Shown here: positions 1 through 10,658 of the stretch, piece by piece
Layout: each line of letters opens with the position of its first letter
Position numbering within the stretch: position 1 is the stretch's first letter
Source: Octopus bimaculoides
Taxonomy: Eukaryota
Assembly (NCBI RefSeq): GCF_001194135.2
Contig: NC_068981.1
Location: 85,153,613 to 85,217,612 of the forward strand
Reading direction: 5' to 3'
Length of the DNA: 64,000 bases
Translations under genes and position numbers: made by a program
Notes under the pieces: generated by a model
Seen by the model: only the letters and a program-made list of their open reading frames with translations
Told to the model about the DNA's origin: nothing
Databases searched by the model: none

Positions 1-650
1 TCCTAAATGTTTGCGTAAAACCGATTATAAAAATTGAAGAAACAATAACAGTATATTCATATGGAATTATTCAATAATATGTAAACATTTGATGCCAGAC
101 ATTAGCTGTTAGGGTAGTAGCATATTTAATCATTTCACAAGCTATGTCCTGCAGTTTTCACTTTTATTTATGAGATGTATGTTAATTTACCTAGTAATCT
201 TATTATCTGGGGAACTATTGGCGTCGGGCACAGGATGATGCAAAATATATTAGCATATAATATTTTAGTGGTATCCTGTATGTAATTCAATGTATTTTGT
301 TTCTCTATGAATAACAGAACTACTACAGAAGAATTTTCGTACTTTTCAAATTAAAATTAATTCTTCTTCTTATCATCATCATCATCATCATCATCATCAT
401 TATTATTATTATTATTATTATTATTCGCCACTTCCTCATTTTTCTTCTCTTTTATTTTTACTTGCAATGGCTTAATCAGTTTTTCCAAGCCCTCCGATGC
501 TCTTAATATCCATGCGGTTGAAAATCATTTTGAAGTCGACGACTGAAGGAAAAACATATGCTGGGAGAAAATTCCTTGGAGATGACGATCTAAAGAGTAA
601 AGATTACGTGTGACATTGTTATTGTGGTGTCAATATGGTTAGTGAGTGTT

Positions 651-850
651 AAGGTGGCGAGCTGGCAGAATCGTTTGCACGCTAGTCAAAATGCTTAGCA
701 GTTCTGTGTTCGATTTCCGCCGAGGTCAACTTTGCCTTTCATCCTTTCGAGGTCTATAAAATAAGTACCAGTTATGTACTGGGGTAGATGTAATCACCTT
801 ATCTCCTTCATTGAAATTGCCGGCTCTGTGTCAAAATTTTAAACCAATAT
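651..850 (+). mobile_element. tRNA-derived SINE, family B
   Basis: Head aaggtggcgagctggcagaatcg, B-box-like gttcgatttcc, body gaggtcaactttgcctttcatcctttcg...aagtaccag shared with copies at 16207, 33705 and 56638. Confidence 0.85.
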
Positions 851-1263
851 GGCTGACGAGTGTATAGGGTTAGAGACACGTATGTCGGTTGAGCTTTTGT
901 AGGCTTGGTATACAAGCAATCACCTTCGAGGCCATTATTTGTTAATAGTGGCAGCAGAATAGGAAGAATACAGAATCAGCACGTATGTGAGCAATAGGTA
1001 AAGTCCTCTTCTCCTCACCCACTTCTCTTTCTTTCAGCACATTCACTAGTATTATTAGTGTAAAAAATCTACATTGCCATTGTTAAGTCAACGTGATTTT
1101 CCACGACTATCATTTTTCGAACGAAGAACAAGCTAAGGACTAACGATTACTTTCCGACAAAAAAGACCTCAAACTGTAGGGAAAGAAAGAGTCGACTATA
1201 GTGAATGTAGTAGTTGATCGCTACTTTGCTTAATCGGTCTTAAAAGACTAAAAGACAAAGCTG

Positions 1264-1340
1264 ATTGCGGTGGGATTTGATCTCAGAACGGGAACAAATA
1301 TTACAAGACATTTTTGTTCTAGCTCAACCGATTCTGCCAA
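1264..1340 (-). mobile_element. SINE B 5' fragment
   Basis: Reverse complement ttggcagaatcggttgagc...gttctgagatcaaatcccaccgc matches the SINE B head. Confidence 0.6.
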
Positions 1341-1602
1341 AACAATGTCCGTAATATAAGAAACTAGCTGTCTCCTGGTAAAAAATTACCGTTAATAAGA
1401 TATCTGTTTATAGCCATGAAATATTTTGACATTTTTCGAAAATTTAAAATCTATAATAATGGGTAGGACCAATTTAACGAAGAAATGAATCTTTACCATT
1501 TGAACAGCACATCGAGAAATTAATTTTTTGTAACTAAACACTTTCAAACTGGTAGAATGTGTCATATAAAACATCTTTTACTCTTAGTGCTGTTGAGAAA
1601 AG

Positions 1603-2601
1603 TTGTACCTTCCGCGGTTGACGTTGTTAATGGACATTGGTACATGGATCAAGCAGAGACCTAGGCTGGGGGATTGGCAATTGGAGTGCCGTCAGGCACT
1701 TCAGCTACTCTCTCGGGCGGGCAATGCCAGCAACAGGAGTTCCGCCGCGGATTTTTATAGCAGGTTAGTGGAATTTATGTCCGAAGACGCCTTGGGGGAG
1801 ACCCTGGGCTACGATGAAAATCAGTTGATCAACCTGTTCAGGAGAACGTTCAGGCAGGGGTATCTGAATAATTTCCTGAAATCCCTGGCCTGGTGGTGCT
1901 TCCGTGCGGCGTTACTTGTTCGAGATAAACTGTCAAGGCACGGAAGTGCAGTCTCGCCGATATGTCCGAGGTGCGGGCAAGACAGGGAAACCGTCTTGCA
2001 CGCATTTGTGGAATGCCCGGAATTAACGGGACTGATAGTTTTCATAGAACAACTGTGGTCATCGATGGGAAGAGTACAGCTATCGGCTGAGTCTATCATC
2101 GAGATTGTTCTGCCTCCTCCTCTTAACAGGGAAAAGAAGGCTTGTTTTTTCTGCGTAGTAGCCATACTGAAAGAAACGGTATGGAAGACGCGAGTAAGAG
2201 GAATAGTGACAGGTACCTTTGTCTCCGGCCAGGGGTTGGTGAACTTTTTTAGTTACCACCTCATGAGTAAGATCAGGCCGGAGAAGAGGTGCCTGTCACT
2301 GAACACGTCCGTCAAGAGATGGAAGCTTGTAGAACGCAAGCTAAGAGTGATTAGCACCAGGTAAATGGGGTCAGTGGAAGAAAGCAAAGGTTCTCCCCAA
2401 GTGGCCGGAGGCCTTTCCTTTTGACGTCATTTATTGCAAATCGCAATAACAAAAATATTTTATATTTTTAAATGTTGATCATTGTAAATTTTCATTCCAA
2501 CTGTATTTTTTAATTATTAAACAACTACTTCACATTTTTGTGTTTTGTTTGTCATTGTTCGTCCCATCTATGTACTGCCTTATGGCAAATACTATGAAAT
2601 A
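1603..2601 (+). mobile_element. 5'-truncated Tx1/L1-type LINE: ORF2 C-terminus (zf-RVT-like, ORF 1603-2364) plus 3' UTR
   Basis: KSLAWWCFRAALLVRDKL...CPRCGQDRETVLHAFVEC cysteine-rich LINE C-terminus, homologous to 30712-31023. The 3' end has gtcccatctatgt and aataaa. Confidence 0.85.
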
Positions 2602-2614
2602 AAGAAGCTTGCTT

Positions 2615-3718
2615 CCGGTTTATTGATTGCTGAAAGGTTGTCTTTGTGTGAAACACGTGTTTTTGGTCGTCTTGCAGCGGTGGTGCGCGACGTCTTCCCT
2701 CTTGTTTGGTGGGGGTGCGTCGTAGCTGTGTTATGGAATTCGAAGATTATCTTCTGAGATTGAGAAATTACGAAGAAGACATTGACTTTGATTGGTGGGT
2801 CAAAGAAATAAACATCAGCATAATGTCTAAAAGAGCAAGTTATTCGTATATTTTAAAGGAATTTAAAATAGATATTTTCAAAAAAAGTAGAAATTAGCTG
2901 TTACAAATGGTTTAAAAAAATGTTGTATTAACAGGGTCAATGAAGCCGCTCGGATGTGGGGCCCAACGACTTCATTTCATTTTTCGTTATATTTAATTCA
3001 TCCTTCCAATTCGTTTTGTTTTTAAAAGAATTGACGAGTAAATGGAAACAAAAAAATTATGCAGAGGCGGCAAAGGGAAAAAGTGAAGACGTGAGTCTGG
3101 AAGAATTAAGTAAATTTAAGAAAATGCTTAAAAGGGTAGGGGACGAAGTGAAGCTATTCCCTCCCAAAGAAGTTTTAGAAAAAAATGAGAGAACGATAAT
3201 TTATAGGTCGTACGCGGTGGCAACTAGAAAAATTGTAGTGTGAACAGTCCAAGTTGAAAAGGCGCTGAGACCAGTCTGGCAAGGAATTTCCTACGTTGCT
3301 AGGGGAAGAAAGTATGGAACTATGGAGGTGCAGTTTCGGGAAGTAGCTACCGCCTGGCTGCACTCAGCAACACCCTTAAAAACAGACTGGTAGCTGCTAT
3401 ACTGCTAGGCATGGAGGAGAGGGTAGTGGTCCTACAGGCCACCAGAACACCCCACAGGAACTGGCAAGGGCAGAGCCTTGGCATGATAGTACAGGTGGCC
3501 CAAGAAGACATAACGGATGGGAAAAGGCGAGAGAAAATCTAGTGGTTAAAAAAAGTTGTATTAACAGTTTCAATGAAGTCGCTTGGAGGTGTGGCCGAAC
3601 GGCTTCATTTCATGTTACATTATATTTAATTCATGCCTCCCATTCGTTTTGTTTTTTTCTGTCCCCACCTTGTGCTGTCCCCTCTATGTGCGGCTTCCAT
3701 AGCCAATATGATAAAATA
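2615..3718 (+). mobile_element. Non-autonomous Tx1-like unit (rearranged: 5' UTR, partial 3' UTR, ORF1 fragment, complete 3' UTR)
   Basis: Bounded by aagaagcttgctt at 2602 and 3719. ORF1-like YAEAAKGK...VKLFPPKEVLEKNERTIIYRS (2956-3243). 3' UTR copies at about 2895-3030 and 3541-3718. Confidence 0.7.
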
Positions 3719-3731
3719 AAGAAGCTTGCTT

Positions 3732-4361
3732 CCGGTTTGTAGATTGCTGCTGAACTACTGTCTTTATGTGAAACACGTATGTTTGGATGTCTTGCAGCGG
3801 TGGTGTTCGACGTTTTCTCTCTTGTTTGACGGGGGAACGTCGTCTGTGTGTGCATTCGTAATGGAATATGAACATCTGAGTTCTTTTTTCCCACCCTCGT
3901 TCCGGAATAAAAAAAATATGTTATTACTGTACAATGGACAAAATGAAAAAAATTATAATGAGACAGACTCATGGGACAGAATGATAAAAATAGATATACC
4001 AGAAGTAAGGGGACTACTTGAGTACATTCACTGTGCAGTGTCAGACTGAGAGTACCATTCGAGATTAAAGGATCATGAGGAAAATAGACACCGGCACAAT
4101 GCCAGAACGAGTTAGCTATTTTGATATTTTAAAGAAATATAGATATTCTTCAGAAAAATGGAAATTAGCTGTTGTTTACTAATATTTTGAAAAAAGAAGT
4201 ATTAACAAGTTCAATGAAGTCGCTCGGAGGTTGAGCCGAACGGTTTCAATTTCATTTATTATTGTATCTAATTCATCCTTTACATTCGTTTTTTTTTTTT
4301 GTCGTCCCTACCATGTGCTGTCCCCTCTGTGTAAGGCTGTAATAGCCAATATCATGAAATA
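3732..4361 (+). mobile_element. Short non-coding Tx1-like unit (5' UTR, ORF tail remnant, 3' UTR)
   Basis: First ~120 nt similar to 2615-2735 and last ~230 nt similar to the 3' UTR copies at 2870-3030 and 3541-3718. Bounded by the target motif at 3719 and 4362. Confidence 0.7.
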
Positions 4362-4810
4362 AAGATGCTTGCTTCCGATTTGACGACGTCGTTCGTATTT
4401 TTTTCTGTGCGCTGTGAGTTATCGTTTTTATTGTTGAAACTCTGTTATTTGTTGGAAATTATTGTTGGAAATTTTGTCATTTTGAACTGTTGCCTGTTAG
4501 CAGGCTTTGTTGAACTGTTTTATTTCCCGATATACCGGGAATAGTAAAATTTCTGTGGCCATTTGGCATTTGTTTATGCGTTGGATTTTTTAACGGAGTA
4601 CATTTTTACAATTTAGCCTTTGTAGGCATTGTTGAACTGCGCATCCCCCCTCCAAACGGGAGTGAGATTTGAACTGTTGTTCTTTTTACGAGGAAATAAT
4701 TTTTGAGCCGGATAAAAAAACGAAAAAACGAAAACCTATAATAAAAGGAAAAAAAACTGTTTTTCAGCCATTTTTGGCTTCATTGAGCTGCGCCTCTTCC
4801 CCTGACAGGG

Positions 4811-5777
4811 ATGGGATTTGAACTTATATTGGTTACAAAAGGAAAAAATTTGAACAAAAGGAAAAATTTGGAACAAAAGGAAAAAATTGCTTTTTCGTGT
4901 GTTTCTACTAATTTACCTGAGAGAATAAGGGAAAACGCTCTCTCGAAGAGAGTGATGCTTTGGAGAACGACAGAGGAGGGCGACGTAAAAATATCGCTTC
5001 CCACCAACGCAACAGAGGAAATTTACAAAGGAACAATCGTTTTCAAAACTTTCTGCCCCGAAGAAAAAAGAATGGTACATATGGACCAGAATAAGATTGA
5101 AAAATGTCTGGCACCCATATGGAAGGATATTATTTATGTAACAAAAGGAAGGAAACTTGGCACAATAGAAACCATGTTTAGTACAATAGAGAAGGCTCTC
5201 GAGCACTCTGTCAGCCCGTTGTAGACGAAGGAAGTGGTACTTCTGCCAACCTATATGGGGAGGCGCACGTCCCGTGTAAGGGTGACAAAGGTACCGCTGG
5301 AGATTGGTGCCGTGTGGGTAATAAAATTAACATTCTACAAGTAACACGCTCTGCCCTATAAAACTGGCTCGGGCAGAGCATCGTGGCCATCGTTCAAGCG
5401 GCACCAGAAGATCTAGAAAGGATTCCAACAGAGTGCTCGTAGGTGGGGACGTGGTACTGAAAATTCATGTGGAGGGTAAAAAATCCAGGTGTTTCAAATG
5501 TGGTCAAAAAGGCCACATAAGGGCTGACTGTGACTCTGGAAAAAGGAAGAAAATTCAAAGGCCCAAACGTCTGTGGATACACATACACCCGGCCCCTCAC
5601 AAACCCAAAAACTGCCCCAAACCCACACACACACGAGCCCCTACACTAGCAAAGACACCCACACCCCCGACTGTGGTGCCAACAAGTCCCCAAACAAGTA
5701 TTCCAAAAGCCCCAACCTATGCACATACCAGTCCCGACAACAAAAATACCCACCCACTGAACATCAACAGCACATAA
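4811..5777 (+). pseudogene. Gag-like ORF1 (stops and frameshifts) with CCHC zinc knuckle
   Basis: VVLLPTYMGRRTSRVRV and VLVGGDVVLKIHVEGKKSRCFKCGQKGHIRADC, similar in layout to the ORF1s at 38898 and 56080. Confidence 0.75.
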
Positions 5778-6133
5778 TAGTATAAGCGCAACTCCCCCAG
5801 ATGACACCATGGAGGTAGTCGAGGGGGAGTTCACTATTGTTCGAAACTCGACCAAAAGAATGTTGGCAAATCCCTATCCACCCCCACCCCAAAAAACAGA
5901 AAATACAACTCAGACATTAAAAAACACTGCCCAAACGTCTCAGAAAAACCATGTGAAAGAAGAATTTTGGTCGAGTTCGACCCAAGGGACAAATATACAA
6001 GTGACGTTATATCGCCACACCACACTACGGTAATATATCCAGTGCACAAAGACTATCCTAGAAAATGTACCTAGATAGATGAAAATTTCAGTTCTATATT
6101 TAAGAGATGAGGAATTATGTACATTATTTACAT

Positions 6134-6351
6134 TTGACGGATATTTGTCCTCATCAACGTTTCGGCTGATATAATAACGTTTCGGCTGATATACCCTCCA
6201 GCCTTAATCAGGTGTCTTGGGGGAAATTTCGAACCTGGGTTCTTATTCCTAAGGTATTTTTCGATGTTATTATTATTGTTCAGGCCACTGCTTGGAATCG
6301 AACTTGGAATCTTGGGGTTAGTAGCCCGCACTCTAAACCACTTTGCCATAT
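6134..6351 (-). mobile_element. tRNA-derived SINE, family C, with Penelope-like tail
   Basis: Minus strand: tggcaaagtggtttagagtgcgggctactaaccccaagattccaagttcgattcc (A/B boxes), ending cctgattaaggctggagggtatatcagccgaaacgtt. Confidence 0.75.
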
Positions 6352-7512
6352 TCACTCATAACATAAAAGGATTGTATAAAGAGAAATTGAAAGCGACGGA
6401 TTACCTACGGTAACTCCCCTATCCAGTAATTAAGGACCTATTCTGTTATAAAAGTTTCATTGACTGTGTAAAGTTTCGTTATGTTTCAATGCGGTCGCTC
6501 GGATTGTAGGGTTGTGTGGCCTTCATTCCACCCATTCATTGTTTCATTCCATCATTTTCATTCGTTTTCCTCCGCTTTTGTATTTGTCTGTTTTTGTGTT
6601 ATCCCCTTTGTGTATACTGTCCCTTCTGTTTAACCTCTAGTAGGTAATAAAAAAATTTCGACATTATTGTCTTTCTCGTCTCTTGAACAGACATATGATC
6701 TTTTCCTTTTATTCTTTATACTTTTATATATGATATATCTACGATTGCAGTTTCCAATGCGTTCTTTTTTTGTAACAGTCGTGTGCGATTTGAAGGGGGT
6801 TTTACTGATGGTCGAGAAACTATGCTTTGGATCCCACGTTCTGTTTAAAAGAATTAAGCCAAAAAGAATCGATGTTTATGTATGAGTCTATTATTTATAC
6901 TTTCCTAATACATATGACTACATTTCCACTCACTTTTGACAGTGAAATTCTTTCAAAATTTATAGTGATACTTATATGGTAGAAATATCACTAATCATTA
7001 TTCAGAATGTCAGCAGATGGATGTTAATTTCTCACACACACACATACACATATATTTGCATTATATTACGCTTTTCAGTCCTAATATAATGCAGGAGTAC
7101 CGTTTTAAAGAGTTTTAGTTGGTCATATCGACCTCAGTACCTATATTTTAAAACCTTGGCATTTACTATAACAACCTTCTGTCGAACCGCTACGTTACAG
7201 GGTATAACTGCAAAGCATGTTTTTCAAAGCATATGTTCAGCAACGCACTGTTTTTTAAGCGTGTCAACTTAGAGACAAAAAACGTGACAGTCATGTAAAC
7301 AAGCATTCAGACACAATGTAAAGCGTAAAGGAATGTTTCTATTCTTCTTTCACTTGCACCTAGTCTTTGTAATATACATACTTTCAGGTTTTGTATTTCA
7401 CGCTGTTGTGCATAATATATATAGTCTAACAAACATCACAAATATGTACATACTCACGCATGCTCACACACACACACACACACAGATATATATATATATA
7501 TATATATATCGA

Positions 7513-7804
7513 ATTATTTTATAATTATATACATAATTATAACAAGGGCTCAGCTTAAAGCATCACCTAGCACTGCTAAAAGCAGACGTTAAAGTCTTTT
7601 TTTACTACCTTAAAATCTCCGAGAAAAACACACTGCTGTTAACCATTGTTCTGATTCATTATCTTTCTTTTACTTGCCCACATTGTGTTTTTCTCGGGGA
7701 TCTTATGATGGTAAAAAAAAACTTTAACGTCTATTTTTAGCAGCGCGAGGGTGTTGCTTTAAGCTGACCCCTTGTTATAATTATGTATATAATTATAAAA
7801 TAAT
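7513..7804. mobile_element. Foldback/MITE-like element with ~120-bp inverted arms
   Basis: 7513-7632 is the reverse complement of 7684-7804. The outer ~36 bp are perfect and the inner part is diverged, with a ~50-bp spacer. No clear TSD. Confidence 0.7.
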
Positions 7805-8109
7805 ATGTAAAATGTGCCTAAAAGGATGTTATTCTCCGCACTGGCTACCTGGTAAAATCATTATTGATTTAACCCTGTATTATTATTAAAATAATTTTTG
7901 GTATTATATTAAAATCATATATGCATTCATACGAAGAGTGTACGCATCGTTCAAAAACGTAATGCCATGATTTTGTCCGAGAGAAAATCTTTTTATAGAT
8001 ATCTTGTATTAAGAACGCAAAAAAAGTGACTCAAGAGAACGACAGGCGAGTCTCCCTTCTTGGTTTTTATTATTATTATTATTATTATTAACGCCTTTCT
8101 AATGTATAT

Positions 8110-8326
8110 ATGCATTTAATATGAAACCTAGATGGGCAAGATTTATATATATATTATGTGCCCTTTTAAAGCCTAACCAGGCTCATGGGCCCGGTTTCCC
8201 GGTTTCTATGGCGTATGTGTTCCCTCCAGCTGGACGGGACGCCAGTCCATCGCAGCGTTACTCAAGAAACAGGAAGAAAAGAGTGAGAGAGAGTTGGGGC
8301 GAAAGAGTGCAACAGGAGTCCTTACC
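8110..8326 (-). mobile_element. SINE family D, 3' portion (runs into a gap)
   Basis: Reverse complement of 18930-19045 (gagtaacgctgcgatggactggcgtcccgtccagctg...gaaaccgggaaaccg). Confidence 0.8.
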
Positions 8327-8454
8327 NNNNNNNNNNNNNNNNNNNNNNNNNNNNNNNNNNNNNNNNNNNNNNNNNNNNNNNNNNNNNNNNNNNNNNNNNN
8401 NNNNNNNNNNNNNNNNNNNNNNNNNNNNNNNNNNNNNNNNNNNNNNNNNNNNNN
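8327..8454. other. Assembly gap (N run)
   Basis: Run of N next to (TA)n. Confidence 0.99.
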
Positions 8455-8489
<35 letters not shown>

Positions 8490-9294
8490 CTTTCTTGTAT
8501 TATTTTATTCTTTTACTTGTTTGTCAGCTGACTGAGGCCATGCTGGAGCACCGTCTTGGCAATGCGTGTGTGATTGTACGCTTATATAAAAATTACATCA
8601 GATATGTGTTGTTTGAGTGTATGTGCTTCTGTGATGTGGTGTGTGTATTTAAGTATATACATATTCATGCATAGTCGTCACGATCATACACGAAGAAACA
8701 GTCGATATATATATATGAGTTTACAGTATATACAATGCATTAAAATGTACAATCACAGTTACAATCTTCCACAAACATATATAAACAGACTTATATACAT
8801 ATATCCTTTGCATAGGTTCTTTGTATTTATTTCCTTTAAGTATATATTATGCATGCATAACTGTGCGTGTGCATGATTATTTAAATATGTCTTTGTACAG
8901 CTCACATATATACTCATAGTACATATTTTGATATTTATTTTGGTGTTTTACCTACAACAGATTACTAGTCAACTGCTAACGAAGTGACAGAGTTTATTTG
9001 TTAGAATTAAAAACTTCAAAGCATGTATAAGACTTCGGGTGCTAGTGTATGTAAATGTACGAATATTTCTCATAATTAAGTAAATTCATACAAGAATTCG
9101 CATACGTATGTGTGTGTGTAACTTTGTAATGCATACTATGATTTATGACGCCCGAAGGAGAAGAAGCAGACAAAAGACGTTGTTTGCTAATGTGTACTGA
9201 ACGAATATAATGCTTTCTTTAGTAGCTCCTCTCTCTCTCTCACACACACACACATGTATATATACATATTATATATATATATATATATATATAT

Positions 9295-9419
9295 NNNNNN
9301 NNNNNNNNNNNNNNNNNNNNNNNNNNNNNNNNNNNNNNNNNNNNNNNNNNNNNNNNNNNNNNNNNNNNNNNNNNNNNNNNNNNNNNNNNNNNNNNNNNNN
9401 NNNNNNNNNNNNNNNNNNN
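9295..9419. other. Assembly gap (N run)
   Basis: Run of N next to (TA)n. Confidence 0.99.
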
Positions 9420-10658
9420 GTGAGATAACGTTCATATCTCTACTGTCACATTTCAGAAAAACTGCAGCTCTGAATTGTACACCAGAAATAGACATTAAAA
9501 ATAAAATCAAGCACCATTCTACATACAATTTCACCAACTGCACAAACGATCAAAATAAAACAGAGATCGTTTGTTGAGTTTAACCGATTAATTCTTACAT
9601 GGTTCTTTTCCATTAATACATTATAATATATTTTGCAAATACCGAATATGTTGGATGCTATAATTAACATAGACATAAAACGTATTTGTGAATAGTGTGT
9701 GTCACTTCATAGCGAATTCTGTTGGGTATTGGTTGATTCACAATTAGCCCTTCAAGTTATTCCAGCCACGAAAATGCTGGTTGTTGTTCTTGTTGTAGTT
9801 GTGACTTATACTTTGTTAGATGGTGAGCTGCAAAAAACATAAAGGTGCCTGAATAGAAACATTGTATATCGTTCGTCCCTCTACTGAATTGAAATTCTGT
9901 CAAGGTTCAGTTTAGCTATTCATACTTTTGGGAGATTAAGTCAATAAAAGGACATACAGTACATTTGTGTTGTTTAATGAACTAATGCTTAATGAACTAA
10001 TTTGTGTTGTTTAATGATCAGTATGGTAGAATAGTTAAGAAGTTCGCTTTGCAATCATGAGGCATCAGGTTCAAACCCACAGCATGAGATCTTGGGCAAT
10101 AATCTTTATGTCTCTTGTCATAAGATCAAATAGAACCAGGCTTTGTATGAGAAATAGAATACACAGAATCCGTGAGAAAAACTGTTGGCCGAATTATACC
10201 TGTAATTACATGAGTTTGCTTTGTCGCATACTGTCCATGATGATTCAACCTGAGAATACCATTAAAGATACACGTGTTTGAAAAATACTCTTCTTTTTAC
10301 ACGTTAATTTTGAAAATAAGTGATTAGGTCGATCGAGCAACTAAATAATCATTTCTATAACCGACGAAGATTCATCTCTCTTTTGATGAGATTAAAACAA
10401 TCAAAAAACAACAATTCTTTTAAATTTTGCACAAATCTAGCAATTTGTGAAGAAGTGTAGGTCGCATTTCATCGCTCCCTGACAAAAAGCTGACCTTAGA
10501 AAATTTTGAACTAAAGAGCCGGAAGAAACGCCGCTAAGAATTTTTGTCCGTTGCGCTAATGATTGTAGCAGCTCGTCGCCCCGATGAGATTACACAAAAA
10601 AATTATAAAAATAAAAATACAATAAGATTAAGTAAAGATAAGATAAAATAAAAATAAA

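Larger units (their letters stand above)
4375..6655 (+). mobile_element. ORF1-only Tx1-like element, degenerate, interrupted by a SINE
   Basis: T-rich 5' UTR, broken ORF1 (4811-5777) with CCHC knuckle CFKCGQKGHIRADC at 5490-5531, Pro/Thr-rich linker, no EN/RT seen, 3' end gtcccttctgttt...aataaaaaaa. Confidence 0.75.

Noticed and set aside
540-600. Mariner-like peptide AGRKFLGDDDLKS
   Set aside because: Too short and isolated, with no TIR found.
1603-2364. 253-aa ORF as a host gene
   Set aside because: It is a LINE ORF2 C-terminus with a paralog at 30712.
2602-2620. Junction motif as a U2 snRNA or 5S rRNA target (Keno/Mutsu-like)
   Set aside because: The flanks do not match U2 or 5S as I recall them. 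They match the SINE A head present in this window.
2602-4374. CRISPR-like repeat-spacer array
   Set aside because: The spacers are 0.6-1.1 kb homologous retroelement units, the DNA is eukaryotic, and there are no cas genes.
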